From Psilocybe cubensis (Eukaryota): DNA of 64,000 nucleotides. Below are positions 19,388-33,000 of the stretch, one piece after another. The stretch spans positions 1 to 64,000 of the forward strand of contig CM039007.1 in assembly GCA_017499595.2 (NCBI GenBank). Direction: 5' to 3'. Position numbers and translations under genes: made by a program. Below the pieces are notes generated by a model. That model had not been told where the DNA came from. It made no database searches and saw nothing but the letters and a program-made list of their open reading frames with translations. Each line of letters starts with the position of its first letter. Positions within the stretch are counted from its first letter, which is position 1.

Positions 19388-22300
19388 CCAGTGCGCTGGC
19401 ACGATCAGTACGGGTGGATCGCCTTCATACCCTTGGCGCCATCATTCGTGTCCTTGCCGTTTAATTTTTTGTGCTGGTCTCCAAAGATTTTGCGCAATAA
19501 ACCGCACAAGTCTCCGGCCACGTATGAAATGGAGTGGCACAGCGTAAAAGAATGGCGCCAATTGGATGAAAACATAACCCTTCTGTGCGAAAAGATCCGC
19601 TTATGGTGTCGCGTTCCTGGAACCCCACCTCCTAGCCCCAAAAGCTTCGGTTATGATCTCAGGTATAGCTCTGAAGCAGACGCGCAAAGGAGCTTTGAGG
19701 CCACCCGAAACGCGTTTATCCTGTGGATGGGCTACCTGTCGTATCTCGTCGCCCAAAGTCGTCGCGAGATCTATTCAAAGCACATCAAGCACGATCCCAA
19801 AAGCCCCGTCCCTGCATGGCATGAACGCCTCCGCGCTGAGCATCCTGACATCTCAGAAGTATGGCTGGATGGCTTGTATCATTCCAACGTATTTTCGTTT
19901 AACGCCAGAACCCCTCGTGTCGGCATGGTCTACGAGTTGAGCAGCACCCACGCGACACGCCCTCCCATCGAATGGCTTCTGGAACACCATGTTCCAGTCT
20001 ATTATCCGTGGCGGATGCGGGAAGAGGAAATCTTCCTCACCCATAAAATACTCAATCTCGAACTTCGCCCCCCGCGCGACTTGTTGGCGGCGACACTTAC
20101 AGACCTATTCAAGTCAATGGACGTGTCTCTCGCAGCCGCCTTTGCGCGCAAATTTTTTAATAAATCTCATTCGACGGAGGGCCTCACGATGAAGTTGCTG
20201 GGAGATGAGTACTCCACTACTTTGGTGTATTCTATCCTCAGTAACGATTTCGCCCACAACTCAGAGGCATTGGACCAGCACATGTCCCAGCCGTATGAAG
20301 AATTGGAACGGAAGCTCCAAAAGAGAGACGAGGAACAGCGTCAGCTCGCCATTGACAGCGCCAACCTGCCTACGCTGCGCATGATTGAACTGGCGAATGA
20401 AAACCACAAGCTGCTGACCTCCGTGCATGACGACTGGGATGCTTACTGGGCTGCAAGGGTGGAAGAACGGCGACGGATTCTGGCCAAAGAGACGCCAGAA
20501 GCTAGACAGGCTCGGCTGAACCGAGAGAACAACCCATCGGTGGTACGTAGCAAAGTATTTGTCTGGAAAACGCTGGTGTCCACAGAGGGAGCCAGCGTTT
20601 ACATGCGCGAACACATCGCAACGTCACGAAACAGCATCGAGGAGGCCAAACTTTGCCCACACCGCAAGGTCTACAACGGTGTGACCGACGAATGGGATCT
20701 CTGTCGAGATTTGGAACCACCAGCCGAGTTGGCAGGCGCATCCGCAATGTTGGACCAGCGCAATCAGGCACAGACAAGGCCTGCTAGAGGCCAGCATCGC
20801 CGCGGTAGAGGTGTACGTCCCGCAAAACAACCCAGGCAGCACCCGAAACCAGCACCTGCCGAGGAAGAGTGGGAAGGCGTACCCTGGTACGACACCATTG
20901 AACCTGACCCCGATGCGCCGGTGGCCTCAACGTCGGCCCTTCCCCCCGCTCGTAATCCTTCCCCACCCCCTTTGCCTCCAAACAACCCGCCTGTCATTGA
21001 GGTTCCGACACCCTCGTCATCGCGAGATAGACCCCGCCGCGCACCCACGACACCCCCACGGCCCACACTAGGACGCCGACCGCGCAGTCGCTCGCCAACA
21101 CCCCCAGAGGTTGCAACGCGCTCTCGCCCACGAGCACGTCGTTCCCCAGAGAGCGAGTCGCGGGTCCAACAGAGCCCCCCTGCCGTCGTCGAAGATTTCG
21201 AGATGGAGGAAGCAGGCCCATCTGTTGAGGATGAAAATGCGGATGTTGAGATGACCACGGACGCGCCCGCCACGGATGTTGTGCAACCCCAGCCCATTAC
21301 ACCCGACAACGATATGGTCAGATGCCTGCGCCAATCTTACGGCTACCTCCCTGGCACAACGACGACGCCCTGTGCCGCTGCAGACTGGGATGAACTGGTC
21401 GAAACCTTTGGGTTTACAGAGTTACTTACCCCAGAAGTTGCCCTGGACGCTCAACAACACATCAAACAGTTTTATCTGGCTTGCATTGAACCCACAAGCA
21501 CAGAAATGCCCGCCGCCCTCTCTGACCTCAATACGCACAGCCTGACATCCCTGTCTCGTCTGCTGGACCTCTCGCAAATACACCGCCCCCATGAAAATCT
21601 GTTTGTTTTTTCAGAACCTCGTTCAGAGGAACACGAGTGGATGTTGGGTGTCGAAACGGCGGAGATCGCCCTTTACGTGTGTCGGCTCAGGTTAGAGCAC
21701 TCCTGGGCTCGCATCGACTCCCTCACAAAAATGCTGCTGGAGAGAGGTGTGCCCTGTCGCACTCTCATGGGCATTGAAATGTCGGGTCGCTGCTCCACTG
21801 TCCAGGAGCCGTACACCCCTCGATCTGTCCGCCCGTCAGCGTATAAATTTGGTGTTGATGACTTTGAAGCATACCGATTGCAATGCGAGAACATCATCAA
21901 ACACCAACAACACGGTCGGGCTGCCTTGCTGAGGGGTGGATTGGTGGGTAGGATAGCCAGTGAGTTTCTGAGCGTCGACGATGGGCTGGCTGGCCCCTCT
22001 AAGGAAATCATTCAGAACCGGCAGGGGTTCATCGTGCCAGCTGGCGACACGACTTGGTGTTATTGCGACGACCAGCTCACCGAGAACGAGCTGTCCATTA
22101 TATGCGGCACCTACACGCTGTACACAGGTATGTTTTCCTTGTTTATTCTCAATTTTATGCACTAACAACATTTTTCTCAGCTACTAAAGGTCAAATAACT
22201 GTAAAATCGTGGTTCCCTCCCCCGAACCTGTGGCAGGTGCCCCCCAGCATGAACGGATCACAATGGGTGGAATGGACGCCTGCCAACGAGGCATGGTACC

Positions 22301-22485
22301 GTGAACGCGTAGAAGACATCCGCACTCGGCAGGCCCAGCCATTAACAAGAGTGCAATGGAAATCAATATTGCGCGGCACTCCTCCCAGTAGGAAGCTTCT
22401 GGCGGCAGCGTCTCAACGAGCTCAGGCCTTTGTCAACGGGCACGTACCGGTGGTGCCAACTTATCGTGTTCGCCCAGGCCTGTAG
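19388..22485 (+). CDS. Large hypothetical protein, probably 5'-truncated by telomere addition; intron 22128-22180
   Basis: The 924-codon frame is open from the telomere junction. A GTATGT...CTAAC...CTCAG intron joins YT|ATKGQITVKSWFPPP in frame. The middle is Pro/Arg-rich. Function is not recognised. Confidence 0.75.
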
Positions 22486-22724
22486 TTACATTGTCAATGT
22501 AAGTGTTTTTTCATTTAAGAATAGCCCATTCTAACAAAAATATGTAGATATATGCGTGTTTTTTTGGTCAATATGTCATATAAATTTATTTTTTGGTGTC
22601 TACACAAGAGAGCTCGCGTGAGATATATACAAGTTGATATCAGGGTAAGATGACTAGTTATAAAAAATCTAACAAAATTACAGTACAGCAAGGCCGAGGT
22701 GTATCAAATACAAAACAGCGAAAT

Positions 22725-23550
22725 GGCAGCGACAGGAGGCGAGTAGAGGCAGCGCGGCGGCAGCGACAGGCGGCGACGGCGGGACGACAGGCGGCGACGG
22801 CGGAATGACAGGCGGGGAGGGGAGGCGGCAGTGGCAGCGGCGGCCCGGTGTGGCGGCGCAACAACACGCAGCAGAGTGCGTGTCGTGGTGGGCGGCGAGT
22901 GGACGCGACGGCGGGACGACGCGCGGTGACGTCGTGACGACAGGCGGCGACGGCGGGACGACAGGCGGCGACGGCGGGACGACAGGCGTTGACAGCGGAA
23001 TGACAGGCGGCGAGGCAGGCGGCAGCGGCAGCGGCGGCCCGGTGTGGCGGCGCAACAACACGCAGCAGAGTGCGTGTCGTGGTGGGCGGCGAGTGGACGC
23101 GACGGCGGGACGACGCGCGGTGACGTCGTGACGACAGGCGGCGACGGCGGGATGACACGCGCTGACGGCGGAATGACAGGCGGCGAGGGAAGGCGGCAGC
23201 GGCATGACAGGGGACGAGGAGAGGCGGCAGCAGCAGCAGCGGCACGGGTGTGGCGGCGCAACAACACGCAGCAGAGTGCGTGTTGTGGTGGGCGGCGACT
23301 AGACGCGACGGCGGGACGACGCGCGGTGACGTCGTGACGACAGGCGGCGACGGCGGGATGACACGCGGTGACGGCTGAACGACAGGCGTCGAGTGGAGGT
23401 GGCGGCAGCAGCAGCGGCCCGGAGGTGGCAGCGCAACAACATGCAGCGGCAAGCGCAGGCGTCGGGCAGACGGCGAGCGCAAGCTTTGGGACGGCGAGCG
23501 CTGGCGTTGGGACGGCGAGCGCAAGCTTTGGGACGGCGAGCGCTGGCATC
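22725..23550. repeat. GC-rich nested tandem repeats (~190-200 bp unit x3 built from GGCGACGGCGGGACGACA-like subunits)
   Basis: GGTGTGGCGGCGCAACAACACGCAGCAGAGTGCGTGT recurs near 22847, 23041 and 23247. Confidence 0.85.
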
Positions 23551-23865
23551 GGGAGACAGGCGGGAGGCCGGCCTCCAGTGCCTGTCAAAAATTTATTTTT
23601 AGACGGAGGCCGGCCTCCAGTGCCTGTCAAAAGTTATTTTTAGACGGAGGCCGGCCTCCAGTGGCCTCCATCAATTTGGAGGCCGGCCTCCATAAATTAC
23701 ACATTTAATTACGTAGCACCTCCGTATGTACAAAATAAAATATTTTGAAAGTGTATTTGGGGGTTTTTGGGGTCCAGGAATCCGAATCTGGCATCAGATT
23801 TCAGGAATTCTGAACAGGAGGCCCAATGCAACGAAGGCCCCCCCTTCGGGGGGGAATAAGCCTAG
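23550..23865 (+). mobile_element. Terminus of a large DNA transposon (copy 1), superfamily unresolved
   Basis: Four GGAGGCCGGCCTCC palindromes, then a C7-TTC-G7 hairpin (23838-23854) and AATAAGCCTAG. The same end occurs at 41700-42121, and homology stops abruptly there. Confidence 0.75.
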
Positions 23866-26033
23866 ACGCGTGGAAAGATTTCGAAAGACGGGTGCGTTGG
23901 CGCCTGTACTTCTCCTTTATACAAAAGGAGTCTGATTATGATCCTGACTTTGAGTACGAACGCACTCCCAGTGAATACGTACCTAAGTTTCCGCAATATA
24001 TCGAAAGAGGGTTCGCTCGCGGTGAAGCTTTTGTATCAAAAGCAATTCTTAATATTCCGCCCGAACAAGACAAGGACATTAGAAAATCGTTCAGTCCGAG
24101 TTATTCCTTAATCGAAAAGTTTTTACTGGATAACGACTATGTTGTTACTGGAACAGATAAGAACCTAGGCATCGCGGTGTCCGAACGAACCTGGATCATT
24201 AATAAATGTCTCGAATTACTTAGTAATCCGCTCGATTACGAGTGCATTACTCCCCTAAGAAGAGACAAATTCTTTAAGCTACAATGCGATACTGCTGTAG
24301 AACTAGCTAACTTTGCGCTAGTTAATAAAGTGCGATACTACGGCCAACTTCAACACTTCTTGCGGTCCAACGCACCTCCATACGAGTTAGTTGGCGGAAA
24401 GTGGAAGTGGGATGATAATAATCCAGTGAAGGTGCCTGTCTTTTACGGGATACCCAAAATTCACAAAACACCCGTAAAGATGCGGCCTATTATACCGTGT
24501 CACTCCGCGATTCAAAATCCCGCGGCCAAATATTGTAGCAAAAAACTTAAACCGCTTATCAAGGCGGCGCCATCCATTATACATGGAACCAAAGACCTGG
24601 CGATAAAATTAAGTAAGCTCGAGTTGAATACGAGTCGTCAGTACTTTATTGTCACTGGCGACGTAGTTGCCTATTACCCGAATATACCAATCGATTCATG
24701 TCTACAAATTGTGTCTGATATGTACGACGAGTATTATACGGCCGAAGAGAATAGAGCATGGGATGAAGATCCCGACTACGTCCCGATTTCACCCGATGAA
24801 CACGAACTGTTCAGACGATGCTTGAGATTCGGAAATACTCAGCTTATAGCACAGTTTCAAGATAAATTCTACTTGCAGAAAAGAGGATTAGCGATGGGGG
24901 TCGCGTCTTCGCCGGACTTAGCCAATCTCTACGGCTGGCATTTCGAGCGCGCAAGTGGAATTATGAATCACCCGTCCGTAGCTTTCTATGGCAGGTACAT
25001 CGACGATTGTCTTGCAATCGTTTACGCTTCTTCAGAACTAGAAGCCGTAAACATTATGAAGACTTTAACATTCGCCGGCTGTGTAATAGAATGGTCCGCT
25101 TCAAAGGCTCAGCCTTTCCTCGACATGCTTCTCTACATCGATTTTGCCAATAATCGACGTCTAGAACACATGCCGTACCGCAAGAGCGGAAACCATCAGG
25201 AAAGAATTCCATTCGTTAGCCATCATCCCATGGACGTCAAAAGAGGCACGTTCATCGGCGAGATGAGTAGGATGGCCACCCTCAGTAGTACTATAGTCCA
25301 CTACCGAGATGCGATCAAACAACTTGTTGCTTTGTATATCGCGCGTGGTTATCCGAGCGGCTTGGTATCTAAATGGATGCGAGAAAACATCAAAGTACGA
25401 TGGCAAAAACGGCTGAATGTCCCTGTCCGTGCGCACGAAGACGTACTTGTTCTCAAATCAGAATTTAATACCGCATGGAATTGGTTTTCCGCGCAAGAGC
25501 TCAAAGACGTACTTGTGGAATATTGGCAGAACTATATGATAAAAGCTGCCAATGGGTCGTTCGATGATGAATACCCCATTTTGTCCCATCGTACTGGAAG
25601 CCTGGAAGGGCCGACCATTCCCTATGAGGTGCTTACGCAAATCAGAGTGAGTGATCTGCCTTCTCCTTTCCATATGGTGGACATCAGGAAAATTGATGTC
25701 CCACGAAGAAGAATTCTTGTGTCGCGGAAACGCACCAAGAATCTTTTCGACTATACAAGTCTTTGGAAAAAACTCGTCGTTGAGAAGCTCGACAAGGATG
25801 TTCTTAATCCTGACGACAACGCTAATATGGCGCATGATATTAACAACGCCTCGAACGATTCCCGCTCCGGTGGGTCTCTAGTAGGGCCGCGCGAAATTGT
25901 GCTGCCAGGCGAAGTCGACGATGCTCCGTCTCCCATGTCTATAAATCTTCACGCGGGAAGTGATGATCCCATGGAAGGCGATTTGGAGTACGTCGAACGT
26001 CAAGATGTCCTTCTCGATAACTTATTCAGATAA
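23866..26033 (+). CDS. Family-2 Penelope-like RT, N-terminally truncated
   Basis: FYGIPKIHK, MRPIIP, TGDVVAYYPNIP, QKRGLAMG, GRYIDDCL, PFLD and HHPMDVKRG. The first ~12 codons of the listed ORF (from 23826) come from the transposon end. Confidence 0.88.
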
Positions 26034-26879
26034 AGCAGCACACGCTTAGATGTGTAAGGGTCTACACATAGGCCTTCTGCGGCGTGTCTAAACTAGACGT
26101 TTAATGCTAAAACCTGGTAATTCCTCTTCTGTTGTTGTATGACTTCGTCGAGGTTCTGTCCTGCTAGTTTGGGAGTGTAATTAGATTTCCCTTGGGGTCG
26201 CCCATCTAGTAAAGATCAGGCAGTACGCTGGAAACAGCTGGTCTGGGCCTTAGGGTATCCAGTCAGTGACTGCTCCAACGTCCCGATTCCGAAAGGACAA
26301 AGGTGGTTCGACTCGTGAACGAATGAAAATGCATTACTCTGATGGCTTGCCATAGCCGTAATGGATAAGTTCAGCACTCTTGCGTTATAATATTATTCCT
26401 AACGAAAACCTATATTTGTTTTCACAGGACTTACGGTCCAACCGCGCTCGTCGATGAGGGTATCGGCGAATATTCTTGGGAAGCGGTGTCCACATAACCA
26501 GTGGTAGAGAGTTTTTAACACATTCTAAAAAAACCCTAACCGTAAGTCGACTCGATTAATCTCGAGATACTTTGTTGTATTGATTATTCGGCGGTTTTGG
26601 CTTTAGCTAACCCTAAACCCTAAACCCTAAACCCTAAATGCCCTAACCCTACTAGCGTGGTAGGGTTGTCACATGACGTGATGAGTCACGCGACCTAGTA
26701 AGTCACATGACTCGGCCGGCATTTCGGCGATCAAGCCGAAATTCAAGCGGAGTTTAAAATTCGGAGATATTACTAATCCTCGGAGAAATTGCCAAACTTC
26801 GGAACAACAAAGGTGAAAACTCGCTCCGAGGTTTCTTTAACTTCGGACCTCGGATTAATATAGGTAAAATGGCTATATA

Positions 26880-26949
26880 TGGACCTGATGAGCCTTATAA
26901 AAAGGCGAAAAAGTGGAAGGGAGCTTCTCCAAGCCCCCACTTTTGTCCA
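26880..26949 (+). ncRNA. Type I hammerhead ribozyme of family 2; predicted cleavage after 26944 (UUU)
   Basis: TGGAC-CTGATGA-GCCTT/ATAAA/AAGGC-GAAA-AAGTGG...CCACTT-TT-GTCCA. Confidence 0.88.
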
Positions 26950-27015
26950 CAAGCCTTAGGCCATCCAGCCTTTTCTAACCAACTCGCAGCTCGCTTCGCT
27001 CGCTGCTCGTTGGGC

Positions 27016-27047
27016 ACCCTAAACCCTAAACCCTAAACCCTAAAACC
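27016..27047 (+). repeat. Interstitial telomeric tract marking a former chromosome end
   Basis: Four CCCTAAA units between the family-2 element and unrelated sequence. Confidence 0.85.
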
Positions 27048-30000
27048 ACTGACGACAATGTCTTGCACCCAACGTGGTACACAGCGAGGAATTCTCTGGC
27101 AAGGTTTGTCAGCGCCGTCTACGATAATCATGGTGCGTCTACTCACTGTCATGCTCCCAGTGTACTTTAGCTTCAGATACATTCGACGCGTCCAACATCA
27201 ATCCAACCGCATTACATTACGAATCGACTCACCATGGCGTCGCATTCTGCGGACACACAGCAGACGAGCCTGGTTGGGAGGACGTGATGTCAAGGTGCGT
27301 CATTACCATTCCACGTGGTGGGTAATGGGCGACTGTGCAGCGAGGAACGGGGCCAGCACCAGTGTGTCGGATGAAAAATTAGCTCTTATCGCTCACCATG
27401 ACATCGTGCTCAGCGGGAACGGCTGCCGACGAGATGGACGCGACGAGAGGACTTCGGAGGGCACGTACACTGGAGGCCCGCTCAGACGGCAATGTTTTGT
27501 CAAGACAAAGACAGGGGACAAGTAGTGGGTTGGGTTGGTTAACAAGCCATGGGGGCGGTTTGTCTGCGCATCATCAGATGTGTCATCCTGTGCGGTGCCA
27601 CACACGTTCTGCCATGGTCCGTCAACGCTGTCAAGGATAATCATGCTGCTAATGCTCACCGTTGTGTGTTATGTTTCTTCTAGTATCCAACATCAAACCA
27701 TGTCCCGCACATCACGAGTCACTCTCCACAACCGCGTGCGCACGCTGGACAAGGGTACAAACGAAACCGCCACTTGAAGATCGAGGTGTGGGTGGTGGTG
27801 GCATCGAATCAGCGAGTTGATAATAGTGGGGCGGCCGGCTTACCCACGTGTCGGCATTGTGAATTGTGTTGTATGTTGGAAATACAGGGTTCGAGGCGCT
27901 AGAATGTGCGCAATGGCATTAATGACATTGAAGGGTGAGTTGCATACTCGAATTCGTATCTTCAATCTGACTATTGCGAAACTACAGACATCCTAGTCTA
28001 TAGATATATTACCATACCGCAGAGACCTTCAACAAGTCTGCGAATCAAACGAGCACTCCGAGGATTGCAGATCTTGATTTGTGAATGGGATGACTCGGAC
28101 CTCGTTCGCTGCGTCGAGAAATCTCGACATGATCTCTCGTAGCTGACATGTCGTTATCTCGCTAGGAGACACACGGGGACCTACTTACGTTGCGGCATAA
28201 ACTATCTGTGGTGTGATGTCTGGAAACACCGCGATCTTGGAATGCGGGTAGGAGGGTTGCTTCCACTAGCTCGAGTCCAAGGATCCATCGACTTGTAATT
28301 CGGTGTGTTGGGACGTAATGAATATGTTCTGGTGACGATGGTGAGTTCTCAATTCATTCTAGGCCTTGTTTCCGATGTTTGAATATTGGTGTTTTGAGCA
28401 GGTGTGTTGTTATTCGAACCTGGATGTGTCGTACTTGAACACTTTCTCGTGTTTATTGCAAACCTGGATCCGAAATTTTGTGATTACGGATTACGGTATG
28501 TACTAGTCTCGTTTCCAAGACCGATTTATTGCACTGATAGCAATCCCGGTCGATTTACAACTCGAAGATGTCGAGATGTGAATGGAGGAGAGGTTTGTAC
28601 AAAGGTATTGTGCGAATATACGGGTAGGTTCTGAGCTCTGTATTCTGGGAATACTAACTTTGTTTTTCTGAAGGTCTTTGTGTTTGATATGCATGCGTTG
28701 AACGATGCATTCGAGCATACTTTGTTTTGGAAAGATATGCTCTGCTCTTCGTGTGGTATGGCTCAACATTCTCATTCTCAGCTGAACCACCGTTCTCATT
28801 CACAGAAGTATCCCTCACAGATTGTTCATTAAACGTACATATTTCTTCACTCCTCAATTACCATGTTTTCGCTCTTTCTCAATTCCACAGAAACTCTATG
28901 TACGTGCTTGTCCGATTCATCTTTTACATTCTAAACTAACATTCTTCGTTGCCAAATTGCTTACGACAGCCCCTTGATGGCGCTAGCACCGCAAAGGATT
29001 GGGCAGGCGAACAGGAACTTGCGTTTCCAACGGCGAACTTGGGTGATTTGGGGGAGGAGTACATGTCGGAATGGGATGTTAACTTGTAAGTTTACATTGT
29101 TGAATCTTCCCGTTCCACTCGCTGTGTGGATATACCTGGTATGTACGATTAGGGTGTTGTTTCTGCAGTGCGCTAACGGATACCGTTGTGTGTACTCGAC
29201 TATTTAGAAGTGTATGTGCAGTTTTTCATTTACAACGACTTTGATTTGATTGAAGAAATTCTACAACTTGCACCTCGTCTATCCGTATTCAAACCTACTG
29301 TGCATTTACAGACCGCCTTTCCATTCCCCCTCAAACTCTTAGAAGGTCAGGAAACCTTTAATTACGCTTAAACGAACCCGGTGAGTAAATTCCGCACCAT
29401 CATAGCTCATATGCATCAGGATGTATTTTGCCTTCTTATTTACGTTTGACAGGACCCTACATACGGCATGCACACAGGAGTCGAGGGTTGTGTGTTAACT
29501 GGGTGCGTTCTGAGCGGGATACGGCGATTTGAACATTGAGACGAAGAGGGCCGTGTCAAGATGTTTGCAAGATTCTTTTCACTGCTGACTAGTTATGTGC
29601 ATTGCATACATATGTAGTACGTAGATACATTGAAATATAGCTGATATTTGTGTATCTACTAATCTGAATTGAATGAGATGAAGAAATGAACGTGGAATGT
29701 GTTGCACCTCATTGAAATTCAACTTTCGAGAGTCGTATCTCCACACTGGAGTTGATTCAGCTCAAACGGTTGCAACCACATCTGTAACCTACCTATACCT
29801 ACCCTCTCAAATACTGCAAACTCTCCCAAATGAACTGAACCGGCGGAAGCGCCCTATTCAGCACACCACACCTCCAACGTTACCTTCCAATTTCCGTTCG
29901 CTTCTGAGTCAAAAATGCAATATATTAGCATGGAGACTAGTGATTACATCACTTACGACATATGCAGAGGCCGTTGAATGTGCAGGGGTGCAGTGGAAAC

Positions 30001-33000
30001 GCGCGTTTTTGAGAAGATTGACCCGAGAGGAGGGGTGCGAGGAGAAGAAGTTGACATACGCCGACAACCGAATTTTGCGCTTGGTTCGGAGGTGGCCTTG
30101 GAGGACAGGTGGTACGTCAGCGCCGATTACAATTGTCCTGGTGTTTGCTACTTACCATCGTCGTTCCAGTGGCCATCCTGTCAAACCAACGCTTTCGCAT
30201 CATGAATGAACTCGCTGTCGCGTTCTGCGGGAATGTTGCTCATGAAAGGTGCGTCAGATGGGGAGCATTGTGAGCACACTGTCTTGCAAGGGAAAATGTC
30301 GCGTTGACGCTGCGAGGAGGCGTGTCAGCACCAGCATGTCGGGTGTTCTTACTACTCACCATGGCATCGCGTTTGACGGGCTTGGCTGCCGACGAGAGGG
30401 GCTTGGATGGACAAGACAAGAGGGTGTTCTGTCAAGGTGCGTCAGGTGTTGTGTGACTGCAAGGATTACCTTGCGAGGCGGAAATGTTGCGTGGAGCTGT
30501 GTAGCGACGAGGCAGGTCAGCACCACTGCATCGTTGACCGTTTGAAACTTACCGTGTCGCGGTCAACTGTGTGTCGTTGACTCGCTGTTGGTAACGCCGT
30601 CAGCGCTGTCGTCATCAGAAGACAGGCATCAAGACTTACCGTGATGATGCAGATGCTATTGGAGACGAGAACGCTGGGGGAAGAGGTTGTGAGACTGGAC
30701 AAGGTAGAGAAGCCATTTTGTGTGTTTGGCTGTGCCAAACAACCATTGTTAATGTGCACGGTCGCCACTCTTGAGCCACATCGTTCAATAAGTTCTTGTC
30801 TTGCTTTTCTTTTTTACACAATGCTGACAATTCTCTGCAAAGTGTGATTCGATTTTTGGACGTCCGCGGTGCGCCATTGCGAGGTTAAACAAAGGTATGT
30901 CCCGTCTGTGACTTTGCTGATCCATTATTGACACGATGTTGTAGTTTTATCTCGACACTATATATCGATTTCCAGTGAACAGGACAGCAATTTTGAGGTC
31001 ATATCAACTGTAAGTTGAAGTCTCGTACTTGTTTCAAGCCGCCCTTAACCTTTTTACTCAGATTTTGCACTCGTGATGCTCTGACGCAACATATCAACGT
31101 CCGCCGAGCTGGGGTGTCGTGCCGCGGCCCTTGCTTCTCAAGACAATGTATGAAGTTTCCCTGATCCTCTGGATGTGTACGACAGCACATGATTTGGTAA
31201 GTACTCGGTGTCATGTTTTTCCTGACCTATACTTATGCTCTTGTCACAGTTTTAACCCAAGACGATGTATTGACATCTGCTGAGCCGTTTGGTGCTGGTA
31301 TGCTGACTATATCATGTATATCGAGCCTCTGCTTACCTGGAATTGTTAGTTATGTTCCCGACGCAATGTATTGCTTTCCGGCGGCCTGGATTGACTTATT
31401 ACGGGTGAGTTGAATCTATTATTTGTATCGAATCTCTGTTTACCTGGAACTATGGTCATGATCTCACTTTGCGTATCGCTTTCCGGTGGCCTGGATATTG
31501 GGTCCATGGCGATATCAAGTGGTACGCACTGCGCCTTGTAATGACGAATCGGGCGTTCTCAACGGCATGCTTCTCAACATCACGTTACGAATCCGGCCCA
31601 TCGTCATCGTCAACCCCCAAATTAAGAACATCGACTGTTCACTTCACTACAAGGAGTGTTCAAGCCGTCTTTGTTAATCATGCGGAATTGTGTTCGGGTG
31701 CGTATTCCCCTTGTCATCATGCTCTCTCTGAACAGCCTTATATACAGACCTCGTGCAGCATGTGTTTGTGCTAAACAACACCACCGCCCTGCTCTGCGTG
31801 CGCAAATTGTACAATAACCATGTCGCGATTGCTATCGACGTCACCGTCGTCATTCACATTGGAGGAAGAGCGGCATTGAGGGTTTGGTTGATTTCCTTGA
31901 CAATGAAAACTACCTGCACAGACTGACCAACGACGTCAAACATGTTCTGCGCAATATCGACGCCACGACGCTCATCGTGAAGGACATGCTTTGGATGGGA
32001 AGCATGCCGGATGAGGTGTGCGGTGAGTTTTTTTTCTTTCTCAACGCAAAACACCCATCGAAGGACGCCCACAAGACCCACACTCTTGTCGAAATCCGCA
32101 CCACCAATCACATCTCAATTCAATCCCCATCCCGACCTTCGCTGACACCGAGACGCTCTCCCCCCAAGTCATCTCGACCTTTACTGGGGCCATATCGTGT
32201 AAGGATAGTGCAATCTTCAATTGCATTGTCGATACGAAATGGTACGCTTTGCAGTTCAAGAAGATTTCGGGGGGAGGGGAGGTCGAGGAGCCCCGCATGC
32301 TCAACGGTGTCCTGCTCCACAAAATGTTGCACACCCGGTACACCATTAACGGTTAACGTACTCGCCGTACGAGCCAGCGGCCGACTCAGCGGTCTCTTTA
32401 CCCACCACCACCTCCTGGCTCTCGTCCTCATGTACGGCCGTTGTATCTTGTTTCCCCCCTCCTTGAGAGCAAGATTGTGTGCTAGCTTTACCTCACTCAC
32501 CGGCTGTAGTCCGCGTGTCATCGTCGCCTTGTCCATTTCAGCGCAGTCAAACTGGAACAAAAACGCGAATGCGAATAAAAGAAACAGAAAGTCGCACAAC
32601 CAGACTCCCCGAGGCGATACAAGTGTATACACGTACTCAGATCTGAACATCGATGGTCTCTAAACATGGTAGACACGTGTGGGTCTGTGGGGGAATGTAC
32701 TGGAGGTGGAGATGCATCGTGTTGACGATCTTGAGGATACGCTGAACATCAGCGCAAGGGTTCGAGATGGGGGAGTTGTGACGGAGTACGCGTGTTTGCG
32801 GGAGATCGAAGATCGTGAGTTAGTGGTTGTGTTTGTTCGTCTTTGCTTACCTTCTTCCTTGTCCTTTCCCGCCTTCAAGCTTCCTTCTTATGCCACTTCT
32901 TAGCATCCAAAATTTGTCCCGCTGAGTCAACACCCGCCCCGCTGCCGAGGATAAAGGTGTCCGCTAACGAAGACACTTTATGTGACCCAAAAAAACATGT

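Larger units (their letters stand above)
23866..27015 (+). mobile_element. Second, diverged Penelope-like (Coprina-type) family; 5' part removed by the transposon insertion
   Basis: RT ORF homologous to family 1, a telomeric tract with intron (26542-26606), a hammerhead and the terminal hairpin. It is joined to CCCTAAA repeats. Confidence 0.9.

Noticed and set aside
22658-23643. Several long overlapping Ala/Arg/Pro-rich ORFs on both strands (also 41353-42004)
   Set aside because: Stop-free frames are expected in very GC-rich tandem repeats.
23826-23865. Shared N-terminus MQRRPPLRGGISL on both the PLE RT ORF and the copia ORF (42082)
   Set aside because: It comes from the transposon terminus lying in frame with the interrupted ORFs. 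There is no evidence of a real leader peptide.
26034-26526. Possible second ribozyme in the long family-2 3' region
   Set aside because: Only small hairpins (TCC-GAAA-GGA, GGAC-TTACG-GTCC) are present, with no complete catalytic core that I can fold.
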